A program made the position numbers and the translations under genes. Source: a virus. From it: 64,000 nt of DNA. Position 1 is the stretch's first letter, and every line of letters begins with the position of its first letter. Under the pieces are notes generated by a model. That model did no database searches, had not been told where the DNA came from, and saw nothing but the letters and a program-made list of their open reading frames with translations. This document shows positions 1 through 10,100 of the stretch, in pieces. Where the stretch lies: IMG/VR virus record IMGVR_UViG_3300032242_000920, positions 7,789 through 71,788 of that record; one strand, written 5' to 3'.

Positions 1-2819
1 TTCCAAACACACCTATTGGCTTTACAATTACCGGTTTTAAACCAAACACTCGGGCTTCAATCTTTTTCGATTCGGTAAATGTCACTGCAAATTGTGCTCC
101 AGCTGCATATGACACTGCCTTAACCACAGTTAAGGCATCAGATTATTTTGCTCAGAACACAATCGGCTCTCCATTGGTTTCTGATAGCACAGGTACTCTA
201 AAGGGTATCTTTTATCTTCAAAAGAATGCATTTAAAGTAGGCAAGAGACAGTTTGCTGCATTTAACTATACAAGCTCTAATGATACTTATGCTAATTCTA
301 GCGCATCATATACTTGCAGTGCATATTCATATTTCAATGCATTTAATTCGTCTCCATCGAGCCCTAAAAACCCTGCGTTGATTTCAACTATACCTAATGA
401 TCATGATGCTGATGATACAATTACAGCAAGAGGTTCGGGTACATCAACATTAGCCAATCCAAACTCACCTAGCTTTAATCCACTCGCACAAACATTTTAT
501 GTTGGAGCTGATGCTGCCTTAGGACAAGATGGTGTGCATGTAGTTTCGCTTGACTTATATTTTGCTAGTGTTTCTAGCACACAACCTGTAACCGTTGATA
601 TTAGAACTGTAAGTAATGGAATTCCAACAACTTCTATTGTTCCATATTCATCAGTTACTTTGCCTGCTACATCAGTAAATATCTCAACTTCAACTGCATC
701 CAACCCCACAACATTTAAATTTGCAACTCCGATTTATCTACGATCAGGTTACTCTTATGCAATTTGTGTAACACCAGGTGGACAGGTTCCTGACTATACA
801 CTATGGTATGGTATATCTGGTCATACAGATCCTTATCTTGCATCACCTTGCAACCAAAATTGGGGTCAAGGTGTTCTGTATGGCCCTTCATCGGGTAGCA
901 CTTGGACTCCAAAGAATAATGCCTCACTTAAGTTTACGTTGCGTAAACAGACAGGGTTTGTTCCAACAGGTGCAGTAACACTCACAAATAAGGACTATGA
1001 GTTTCTTACATATGCTTCAATTTCAAATGCAAGCTTGTTCATTCCTGGTGAGTATGTTTATCAACAACCTGTGCCTCTTCCAGGTGCGGTATCGGTAAAC
1101 ACATCTAGCAATACAATTTCGTTTGTCACTACCGGAACTGTCACAACAAACCTTGCTACTTCTTTTGCTGTTAATGATCATATTCTTGTGGTTGGGTCAC
1201 TTCCATCCAACCCACCATCAAGATCGTTAAACTTTGGTATTTTCTCGAACGTGTTTTCGGTAAAAGTCACAAGTGTAAACCCATCAAATAACTCACTTAC
1301 ATTTGTGCACGCAAATGGATATACAGGAAATGCTCCATGGTCTAATACATCTGCGGTCTTCTTTAAACCAGCACCAGGTATTGTCACAATGTCATCTGGT
1401 TCAAATACTGTTGTTGGTATAGGTACTGCATTTAATAGATACTCAAATACATATAAAGAAGGTTTTGGCTACAATCCTCTTGTTGTTCAACACGCAACTG
1501 GATATGAAGTTCTACTGCCCTCAAACATTGCAAATAATAATCAAATTGCAACAAGAAATGTTCCATCAACATCTACTACTTATGGTATTCCACTTTCAGC
1601 ACCTGTTGGAAGAGTTGTGGCTACGGATCCAAATAGAAACTTGATTATTCTTGATATGTCATCCGCTAATGGATCTAGTTCAAATACTGCATGGCAGAAT
1701 GTGTACAATAACGTTTCATATTTTGCTCCAAATAGAGTTCTGGTTGGAACACAATCAGGAACTACTGCACTAATTAGTGGTGTTGTAGACATTAGCATGA
1801 ACTCTGTTCAGCCATATATCTATCAGACCACACCTGGTCAAACAAGAATTGGTTTCTCTGCAAACACTACAACAAATCAATATGTTGATGTGGATTATCC
1901 AAATATTTCTGTCTCTGGTACAACTAAGTTTAGAGATAATCAACTAGTGATCATGTCGAAAACTAACGAGATTAACAACTATGGCGGAAACAAATCACTT
2001 AAGTTTAATGCTACATTGTCTACAACTAATTCTGCAATTACACCTTCAATTGATGTTAATCATATTGGTGTAATTGCTCGTTCATATATTATTGGTCCAT
2101 CGTCAACAAACGAGTATAGTCCATCGCAAGGTACTGCACTTTCAAAATCAATATCAAAGATAGTAACACTTGCTCCTGGGCTTGATGCTGAGGATCTGAA
2201 TGTTTATCTCACTGCGTATAAACCGCCTTCAACTGATATTGAAGTTTATGCAAAGTTACTCAATAACTCTGATACAGACCAATTTGCAAATAAGAAATGG
2301 ACAAAACTCGTTCAAGTAACAAGTTCTGGTGTTGTTTCAGATATTATCAATACACAAGATTATAAGGAGTATCAATATACTATCCCTTATGCACCAACCA
2401 CAATACCTGTATTGTCTGAACTTGCTACAACAAACAACAGCAATGTCGTAATTTCAACTGATGGAACTTCTAAGTGGTTATCTGAATATTCAAATGGTCA
2501 GTTGATTACAATCTACAGTGATGTGGGTCTTCTTACTTATGGTACTTATCAAATTGCAAATGTATCAAATAATACATACATGACACTTTATAGTAAGGTA
2601 TCAACACCAAATTCAACTTCGGCTGTCCTTGCTTCAATGCCATATCCTGAGGCGGCATTTAAGAATACAATGAATAACAACATTGTTCGGTATCATAACG
2701 TAAATGGTGTTGCTTATGATTCATATATTCAATATGCAATTAAAATTGTATTCCTAAGTTCAAATCCAAATGTCATTCCAAAGGTAAGTAATATGAGGGC
2801 GCTTGCGTTGTCAGTATGA
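1..2819 (+). CDS. Large baseplate/structural protein (VrlC/DUF4815-like), 5'-truncated by window
   Basis: Frame is open from base 3 (PNTPIGFTITGFKPNTRASIFFDSVNVT). Contains PLAQTFYV, SLDLYF and C-terminal YAIKIVFLSSNP..PKVSNMRALAL, typical of this T4-like structural family. The ORF-track start at 174 is internal. Confidence 0.75.
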   Translation, partial: PNTPIGFTITGFKPNTRASIFFDSVNVTANCAPAAYDTALTTVKASDYFAQNTIGSPLVSDSTGTLKGIFYLQKNAFKVGKRQFAAFNYTSSNDTYANSSASYTCSAYSYFNAFNSSPSSPKNPALISTIPNDHDADDTITARGSGTSTLANPNSPSFNPLAQTFYVGADAALGQDGVHVVSLDLYFASVSSTQPVTVDIRTVSNGIPTTSIVPYSSVTLPATSVNISTSTASNPTTFKFATPIYLRSGYSYAICVTPGGQVPDYTLWYGISGHTDPYLASPCNQNWGQGVLYGPSSGSTWTPKNNASLKFTLRKQTGFVPTGAVTLTNKDYEFLTYASISNASLFIPGEYVYQQPVPLPGAVSVNTSSNTISFVTTGTVTTNLATSFAVNDHILVVGSLPSNPPSRSLNFGIFSNVFSVKVTSVNPSNNSLTFVHANGYTGNAPWSNTSAVFFKPAPGIVTMSSGSNTVVGIGTAFNRYSNTYKEGFGYNPLVVQHATGYEVLLPSNIANNNQIATRNVPSTSTTYGIPLSAPVGRVVATDPNRNLIILDMSSANGSSSNTAWQNVYNNVSYFAPNRVLVGTQSGTTALISGVVDISMNSVQPYIYQTTPGQTRIGFSANTTTNQYVDVDYPNISVSGTTKFRDNQLVIMSKTNEINNYGGNKSLKFNATLSTTNSAITPSIDVNHIGVIARSYIIGPSSTNEYSPSQGTALSKSISKIVTLAPGLDAEDLNVYLTAYKPPSTDIEVYAKLLNNSDTDQFANKKWTKLVQVTSSGVVSDIINTQDYKEYQYTIPYAPTTIPVLSELATTNNSNVVISTDGTSKWLSEYSNGQLITIYSDVGLLTYGTYQIANVSNNTYMTLYSKVSTPNSTSAVLASMPYPEAAFKNTMNNNIVRYHNVNGVAYDSYIQYAIKIVFLSSNPNVIPKVSNMRALALSV

Positions 2820-3016
2820 TTGGAGATACAAACCATCCTAACTTCAAACGAGATTTAACAAATGGGGCTCTTCTTAATACAAATGTAGAAGAGTTCCAAA
2901 TGCTAAAAGCTCAAAGAAATAGGATAAATAAGACCGATCAGGAATTAGAACTACTAAAATCTGAACTACATGAAGTAAAAAGTCTATTAAGCAGGATGGT
3001 ACAAACAAATGGCTAA
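2816..3016 (+). CDS. Small conserved T4-like protein with C-terminal coiled coil
   Basis: ATGA overlap with the upstream gene; HPNFKRDLTNGALLN motif then LKSELHEVKSLL. Confidence 0.7.
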   Translation: MIGDTNHPNFKRDLTNGALLNTNVEEFQMLKAQRNRINKTDQELELLKSELHEVKSLLSRMVQTNG

Positions 3017-5138
3017 AAGTTATTACGTTAATGCAAACGTAAATCCATATTATGACACATGGGCAGGGTTTTTAGCTAAACTCAACACCATAGTAACTGA
3101 TATGGGAACCACGGTTCTGACTGTAAACACCTCTGGTTCAACTCCGGATACAGTTACAGGTAATGCTTATGTCAATGGTTACTTTGGTGCAAACACACTA
3201 TATGTAAACCGCAGTTTAACTGGTGGTAATAGTTCGGTATCAAGTAATCTTACTATATCAACAAATACGTTTGTATCAAATAGCATTCTGAATGTTGGTA
3301 ATACCACAGTTAATGTGGCAATTAACTCGACTTCATTTTCTGGTACTGCAAATAGTGCTACATATCTAGGTAACACTTCGCTTTCAACTATTCAGACATG
3401 GATTACAGGTAATACTGGTACTGCATATACCAATGCAACTTCATATTCTGCTAATGCAAATAACATTTCATCAGGAACAGTTGCTGCAGCAAGATTAGGT
3501 AGTGGTACAGCTAATTCATCAACTATTCTTTATGGTAATAACTACTGGGGTCCTGCTCCAACTAGTGGTGGCAGCAATGTAAATACTGCTGGTCAATATA
3601 CTTGGACCAATACACAGACATTCAGCGCAAATGTCTCAGTCGGTGGAATTCTCAGTGTTTCAAATACTGCCACAGTATCAGGAAATCTAACAGTCACATC
3701 AGGGCAGTTTATTGGTAATGGTGCCGGTCTAACAAGCGTTTTTGCAAGTAATACAAGTTATCTATTAGGTTATAACTGGACAGCACCAGCAGCAATAGGC
3801 TCTGGTATTGCAAACACAGGTTCATTCACTACCGTTACACTATCAAATCAATTAAACACAAATACTTCTTCTTCTGAACTTGCACTTAATTATGGTAGCC
3901 CAAATGCAAACCTTACAGTCTATGCTAACACAGGGTCTGGTGCTGTAGCAATAGCAAAGGTTGGTAACTTTGGTTTATCGGTTCTTTCTGGTAACCTAAC
4001 TGCATCAAATGCAACTTTTACAAATCTTGGAACTTCTGTCACTTCTGGTGGTTCAACATTTACTAACTATCTTGGTTACAATCCAGGTAGACAATCACTA
4101 TTTGAAGCTACAGGTTCACTTAACAACTATATTGATGCTGTAATCTGGAATGCAAACAGCGGTACCAATGCATCATCAGATCTTGCTGTCTATAATGATC
4201 TTGGTCCTTCAAGCACAACCTTTATTGATATGGGTATTTCATCAAGCGGTTGGGCAAACGGACAATGGACAATAGGTGGGCCTTCTGATGGTTATCTATA
4301 CACAGGCAATACAAATCTTACTATTGGTGTTGCTGCTTATGGTGGTGGACCAAACTACATTAACTTCTTCACTGGTGGTACTCTTACTGCAAATGAACGA
4401 TTCCGCATTACTGCAAATGGTTATATGCTTGTCGCCAACACAGCTGCATTGCAGTTTGTGTCTGGCTCAAAACTTATTGACTCCACTGGCTCACAAGGTA
4501 CTGCTGGTCAGATACTAACATCAAACGGATCAGGCAATGTATATTGGGCACCTGCAGCATCGGCAGGAGTTAATACTTCTGCACAATATACATTCTCAAA
4601 CACAATTACATTCAATGCAAATCTTAATGCAAATGCAATCTATACCAATTCCCTAAATACTACAGGTAACTTATCAGTATCCGGTGTGATTAGTGGCAAT
4701 GGTTCTGGTATTACTGGTATTACTTCAACACCAACAGCAAACTATCTTCGCCATCAGTCTTCCGGTGCCGGATATGTTAGTGGTATTGTGTCTGTAACTA
4801 CGACCGCACCTTTATCACCCACAAAAGGTGATATTTGGTTTGACATATCAGGTAATACAGGTTATACTCAAAGTCTTAGTTCAAGCGGTTATACCAAACT
4901 CCCAAATGGACTTATATTCCAATGGGGTTCGGCGTACATGGCCATAGATTCAAGCACAACAATAAGCTGGCCAATTGCTTTTAATACTTGCTACGGTGCT
5001 GTAACCGGTGTTGCTGATAATACTATAAGTAGTGGAACCAACATTCCTGCTCTTGGTATATTTCCAACTACATCAGGTGCATCAATATATAATGATGGCA
5101 ACAATCGTACAGTATATTGGATGGCATACGGAGTATAA
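3009..5138 (+). CDS. Tail fibre protein with C-terminal gp53/H-lectin-like tip domain
   Basis: N/S/T/G-rich repeats; C-terminal GYTKLPNGLIFQWG...WPIAF...VYWMAYG motif; followed by a fibre chaperone. Confidence 0.8.
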   Translation: MAKSYYVNANVNPYYDTWAGFLAKLNTIVTDMGTTVLTVNTSGSTPDTVTGNAYVNGYFGANTLYVNRSLTGGNSSVSSNLTISTNTFVSNSILNVGNTTVNVAINSTSFSGTANSATYLGNTSLSTIQTWITGNTGTAYTNATSYSANANNISSGTVAAARLGSGTANSSTILYGNNYWGPAPTSGGSNVNTAGQYTWTNTQTFSANVSVGGILSVSNTATVSGNLTVTSGQFIGNGAGLTSVFASNTSYLLGYNWTAPAAIGSGIANTGSFTTVTLSNQLNTNTSSSELALNYGSPNANLTVYANTGSGAVAIAKVGNFGLSVLSGNLTASNATFTNLGTSVTSGGSTFTNYLGYNPGRQSLFEATGSLNNYIDAVIWNANSGTNASSDLAVYNDLGPSSTTFIDMGISSSGWANGQWTIGGPSDGYLYTGNTNLTIGVAAYGGGPNYINFFTGGTLTANERFRITANGYMLVANTAALQFVSGSKLIDSTGSQGTAGQILTSNGSGNVYWAPAASAGVNTSAQYTFSNTITFNANLNANAIYTNSLNTTGNLSVSGVISGNGSGITGITSTPTANYLRHQSSGAGYVSGIVSVTTTAPLSPTKGDIWFDISGNTGYTQSLSSSGYTKLPNGLIFQWGSAYMAIDSSTTISWPIAFNTCYGAVTGVADNTISSGTNIPALGIFPTTSGASIYNDGNNRTVYWMAYGV

Positions 5139-5139
5139 T

Positions 5140-5514
5140 ATGTCTATTTTCTACAGCCCTACATCAAAAGCTTTTTATTCAGATGCGATTCAATATCCTA
5201 ATCTACCTAAGGATTTAATCTCTGTGTCTGATGAACAACACATGTATCTAATTGAACAAATAAACAACCATCAGAAAGATATAGTTGTTGGTAGCAATAA
5301 TGCTCTTACTCTTATTGATAGAGTTGTTGTACCATCATGGGATGATATTCGGCGCAAGCGAAATAGACTATTGACTATTTCTGATTATACGCAAATGCCT
5401 GATTGGTCAGGTGATAAACAAACCTGGGCCAGATACAGACAACAGTTGCGTGATATACCACAAAACTACACCGACACTAAAGCTGTAGTGTGGCCAACAC
5501 CTCCGGGAACGTAA
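5140..5514 (+). CDS. Tail fibre assembly chaperone (Tfa-like)
   Basis: ATG at 5140 just after the fibre stop; MSIFYSPTSKAFY...IRRKRNRLLTISDYTQMPD...WARYRQQLRDIP...WPTPP. Confidence 0.85.
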   Translation: MSIFYSPTSKAFYSDAIQYPNLPKDLISVSDEQHMYLIEQINNHQKDIVVGSNNALTLIDRVVVPSWDDIRRKRNRLLTISDYTQMPDWSGDKQTWARYRQQLRDIPQNYTDTKAVVWPTPPGT

Positions 5515-5515
5515 T

Positions 5516-6001
5516 ATGTCTATAGCTAAACTGTGGGGCGGTTCTTCTTGGAGTTACCCTTCGTATATATACCCAAAAGTGTGGGATGGATCTGCTTGGA
5601 CTCAAGCAGTATCTAGAGTTTGTACAGGTGGTACAAGTTTTGAATCTTCCGCTACAGATTCACATGTAATCACAATTGGTCGTGATTACTTTATAGGTTC
5701 TTATGGATATAATAGTATAAGTTTACCATCATATGGATCTATAGATACTGCACAAACTTCACTTTTTACAGGTGGATCAATAAAATCACTATATTGGAGT
5801 CCATATGAATCTTATTTATACTTTGTAGTAGATAATCCAAATTTAGCTTATGAATCTTGGTCAAATATGAGAATTGGTAGTACAACTTTTACAAGATTTT
5901 CTTCATTCAAATCAATAGTTGGGTATAAGTATACTTATACATGGTATGCACCATCTAATCCTATAGGAACTTCGGGAAACATAAACATTTTCTGGACATA
6001 A
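5516..6001 (+). CDS. Putative fibre-tip/adhesin protein
   Basis: Trp-rich N-terminus (KLWGGSSW, KVWDGSAW); aromatic/Ser-rich body; located in the fibre operon. Confidence 0.5.
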   Translation: MSIAKLWGGSSWSYPSYIYPKVWDGSAWTQAVSRVCTGGTSFESSATDSHVITIGRDYFIGSYGYNSISLPSYGSIDTAQTSLFTGGSIKSLYWSPYESYLYFVVDNPNLAYESWSNMRIGSTTFTRFSSFKSIVGYKYTYTWYAPSNPIGTSGNINIFWT

Positions 6002-6004
6002 TTA

Positions 6005-6012
6005 CATAAATA
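6005..6012 (+). promoter_or_regulatory. T4-type late promoter variant CATAAATA
   Basis: One mismatch to TATAAATA, intergenic, about 40 nt before the 6054 ATG; gp55 is encoded in the window. Confidence 0.6.
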
Positions 6013-6053
6013 TAATTAAATGAATTAATCTTTTATTTGCTTAAGGATTAGAA

Positions 6054-6416
6054 ATGCACACGTTTAAACAATTTGTTGAGGATCTGAATAACAGTCAGGT
6101 TGAACAGGTACTAAAAAAGTTTCTTCCTTTTTGTAAGCAGTATCTACAAATTAAAGAAACTCCACCTATTCAGATCATCTCTGGTGATGATTCTAAAAAG
6201 TTAAAAGCTTTTGGTTGTTGGGATGGAGAAAAGATCTGTTTAAATACTGATGGCCGCCACCCAATGGATGTAATGCGGACATTAGCACATGAGCTTGTAC
6301 ATTATGCAAAAGAACACTATGATGGATCGGATGGTTCAGACCATGAGAATGAAGCCAATGCAGAAGCAGGTGTAATCATGAGAAAGTTTGCTAGATTAAA
6401 TCCAGATCTATTTTGA
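6054..6416 (+). CDS. Zn metallopeptidase-like protein (HExxH...E), probable capsid-internal protein
   Basis: TLAHELVH and ENEANAEAG; N-terminus MHTFKQFVE resembles the T4 capsid-targeting sequence. Confidence 0.7.
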   Translation: MHTFKQFVEDLNNSQVEQVLKKFLPFCKQYLQIKETPPIQIISGDDSKKLKAFGCWDGEKICLNTDGRHPMDVMRTLAHELVHYAKEHYDGSDGSDHENEANAEAGVIMRKFARLNPDLF

Positions 6417-6427
6417 ATCGATTATTC

Positions 6428-6455
6428 ATTATAACACATTCATAAGATATGTCAA
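6428..6455 (-). promoter_or_regulatory. sigma70-type promoter on minus strand, antisense to 6054-6416
   Basis: Minus strand reads TTGACA-tatcttatgaatgtgt(16)-TATAAT. Confidence 0.6.
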
Positions 6456-6467
6456 TAGGAAACCCGT

Positions 6468-6794
6468 ATGTCAAGCAGAGTTAATATCAGTATTGATCAA
6501 GGCGCTTCGTTCAATACTCAGATCAATCTTAATTATGCAAATGGCAGCTCGATTAATCTTGCTTCATATTCGGCTAAGGCACAAATTCGTAAAACATATA
6601 CTTCAGCCAATACGTATAGTTTCACAACTACAGTTTATGCAAACGGTCTTTTGACTTTAGCATTAAGTTCAAATACATCAAACTCAATGTCATACGGTCG
6701 GTATGTTTATGATGTGATTGTAACAGATTCCGGTGGCTATACATCTAGAGTGATTGAAGGTCAAGTCACAATCAACCCATCGGTGTCAAGATGA
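6468..6794 (+). CDS. Conserved virion structural protein (BppU-like Ig fold)
   Basis: NISIDQGASF...AKAQIRK...GRYVYDV...RVIEGQVTINPSV pattern common in T4-like tail regions. Confidence 0.65.
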   Translation: MSSRVNISIDQGASFNTQINLNYANGSSINLASYSAKAQIRKTYTSANTYSFTTTVYANGLLTLALSSNTSNSMSYGRYVYDVIVTDSGGYTSRVIEGQVTINPSVSR

Positions 6795-7087
6795 CCACTC
6801 CAACACTCACAAACTCTGGATCTTTATTTAACTCAGGTAATGGTTCAATTGTTGTTACCTTAGGAACAGGCGGATCTATTTCAATTAATTCGGCTGCAAT
6901 TACATCAGCAACTCCAGCCAATCTTGTAAATATTGTAGTCACTACACCACCAAGCGGCGCTTTAAAGTTAAGTCAACTTCTGGATGTGAATACATCAATT
7001 GAAACTGATGGTGATGCCGTAATCTATAATCAACAATCAAATACATACGTAGTAACCAATTACAATCTGGATGCAGGTCAGTTCTAA
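6791..7087 (+). CDS. Small tail-associated structural protein
   Basis: ATGA coupling; LSQLLDVN...LDAGQF ending typical of fibre connector proteins. Confidence 0.55.
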   Translation: MTTPTLTNSGSLFNSGNGSIVVTLGTGGSISINSAAITSATPANLVNIVVTTPPSGALKLSQLLDVNTSIETDGDAVIYNQQSNTYVVTNYNLDAGQF

Positions 7088-7136
7088 TAATTAATAAATA
7101 ACTTAAAGCTAAATAGCTATAAGGGAAGGGTGCCAC

Positions 7137-10100
7137 ATGGCAAATACGCATCAATATCAAATGAAGCGCACGTCTGTTTCTGGTCGTCTTCCTAATACGG
7201 CAGATCCTGCCAATACATCATATATTCCCGCTGGCGGTCTTGCTGTAAACTTTGCTGACCAATTTGTGTTTGTATCAAATGGTTCTGGCTTAATTCAAGT
7301 CGGCTCTCATGTTTCGACTTTAACAACCAACTCAATTTCATTTAATGATGGCAGTAATGCAGTTGTCAACTCGTCTTTATATACTGGAACAGCAAATAAT
7401 GCAGTATATCTAGGTGGCAATCTCCCTAATACATATGTTTCCAATGCATATTTGCTTTCACTCAACTATGTTTCCAATACACAGCTTACTGCAAATTTAG
7501 CTAATTACTATCCAGCAAATAACCCTGCTGGCTATGTAAATGCAAGTGCTATTTCTACTGGTACGGCCAATAACACTAATAACTTTGGTGGTCAAGCACC
7601 AAGCTACTATGTCTCAAACACATATTTAGTTTCACTCAACTATGTGTCTAATGCTCAATTAGCATCTAATTTAGCAAACTATATCACTAATACTGCTGCA
7701 TATGGTGTCTTTGCTCAGAATACATCAATTTATTCTACATTTGCACAAAACACTGCTATCTATGCATATGCAGCATCCAATGCTTATGTAACAAATACAT
7801 ATCAGACCATGTCTGGTTTGTCAGCAAATGTATTGACTTTAACTGCTAACAATTCTAATTATTTTGGAACACAAGCACCAAGCTACTATGTATCAAATAC
7901 ATATATGCAAAGCCTTAACTATGTGTCTAATGCTCAATTAGCATCAAATCTTTCCAATTATATTACAAACACATCAGCGTATAGTACTTTTGCTCAAAAC
8001 AATTCAGTTTATTCTACATTTGCTCAAAACACTGCTATCTATGCATATGCTGCTGGTAATACCTCGGTTTATTCTACATTTGCACAAAACACTAGTGTAT
8101 ATTCTACATTTGCTCAAAACACTGCTATCTATGCATATGCTGCTGGTAATACTTATGTAAATAACACATATGCACAAAACACTGCTATCTATGCATATGC
8201 AGCATCAAACACAAATGTTTACAATACATTTGCTCAAAATACTGCCATATACTCTTATGCATCTAATGCAACCAACATTACAACTGGTACATTATCAGCT
8301 GCAAGACTTCCATATACTTTAAATCAAAATGTTGGATCTTCAGATTCACCTAACTTTGTAAACCTGGTGTTGTCTGGTAATTTGAGTGTTGGTGGTTCCA
8401 TAACAACAATCACCGCAAATAATCTTGCTATTACAGATAACATGCTTTATCTGAATAATGGTGTATTGGCTAACGTCACTTCATTATCTGCTAATGGTTC
8501 CGCTATCGTCTTTGTTGCAAACAATAACTTTGCACCCACTTGGTCAGTCACAACACTTAGTATTACTCCTGAATCATATAACAATACTTATACAATCACC
8601 GCAGCCAACTCAACCACATTTACCGTAGCAAGTACGGTAACAGATGCTTTTGTATCTGGTGGTACTGCTCGTGGTAAGTCAAGTGCAAATCCTGATATTG
8701 GTTTTGCTGCTGGTTATAATGATGGAACATATCACCACACAGGCTTCTTCAGAGATCATGCCACTGGAGTTTGGAAAGTCTTTGATGGATATCTACCTGA
8801 GCCGGACAACAGTGTTTATATTGATCAGACAAACTCTTCATTCAATGTTGCTAACTTCATGGCAGGAACATTGTATGCAGGTAACAATAGTGTATCTGCT
8901 ACAGTCAATAGTACATTTTATTCAGCAACAGCAAATAATGCAAACAACTTTGGTGGTCAAGTACCTACATATTATGTGTCAAACACATATATGCAAAGTC
9001 TTAACTATGTGTCTAATGCTCAATTAGCATCTAATTTAGCAAACTATATCACTAATACTGCTGCATATGGTGTCTTTGCTCAGAATACAGCAATTTATTC
9101 TTATGCTGCATCTAATACTTATGTGACTAGTACATATCAGACCATGTCTGGCTTGGCAAGCAATGTTGCTACATTAACAGCAAATAATGCAAACAACTTT
9201 GGTGGTCAAGTACCGAGCTATTATGTTTCTAACACTTATATGTTAGGACTTAATTATGTTTCCAATACTCAATTGGCATCAAATCTTTCCAATTATATTA
9301 CAAACACATCTGCATATGGTGTTTTTGCTCAGAATACAAGTGTTTACAATACATTTGCACAAAACACTGCTATCTATGCATATGCAGCATCTAATACAGC
9401 TGTATACTCTACATTCCAAACTATGGTTGGTCTATCAGCAAATGTTGCTACATTAACAGCCAATAATACTGTTTACCTAAATGGTCAGTTGTCTTCTTAT
9501 TATACCAATGCTACCAACATTACAACTGGTACCTTACCGTATGCACAGCTTCCAGCAAACGTAGTAGTTTGGTCAAATACAAACACATTTACTGCTAATC
9601 AGACATTCAGTGCAAATGTGAATGTTGTCAACGTATACTCTACTGGTACAGTAAATGCTTCATCATTTACTGTTGGAACTTCGTACACAGTTAATAGCAC
9701 ATATCAGTTAACTACAGGCCAGATGAGAATTGCTAATGCTGGTATCTCTGCTGCATCGTGGTCAACTAGTGGTATTGGTTTAATTCAATCTGCGGCAACC
9801 TTTACTGATAACTCAACTCCTGCTTCTAATACCGTTCCAACTGCCTACATGAACCTGTTCGCGCCCCAGACCTACGCGGCGACGAATACAGGCGTGACGG
9901 TCACCAACCTTTACGGCACATACTTCAAAGCCCCAACTGCCGGTACAAACGTCACAGCAACAAGTATATATGCGATTGCCGCAGACAGCATGTATAGCGC
10001 AGGGGCGTTTTTCGTCGGCGGCGCGATCGTAACCTCCACAACTACAACCTTGTGTACCAGTATTAGTACAGTAACAGCTAATATTGCAGCGGGTGCCACA

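Noticed and set aside
7700-8260. Regularly recurring ~30-bp repeats that could look like a CRISPR array
   Set aside because: They are in-frame coding repeats of the fibre with related, non-unique intervening sequence, and no cas genes are present.
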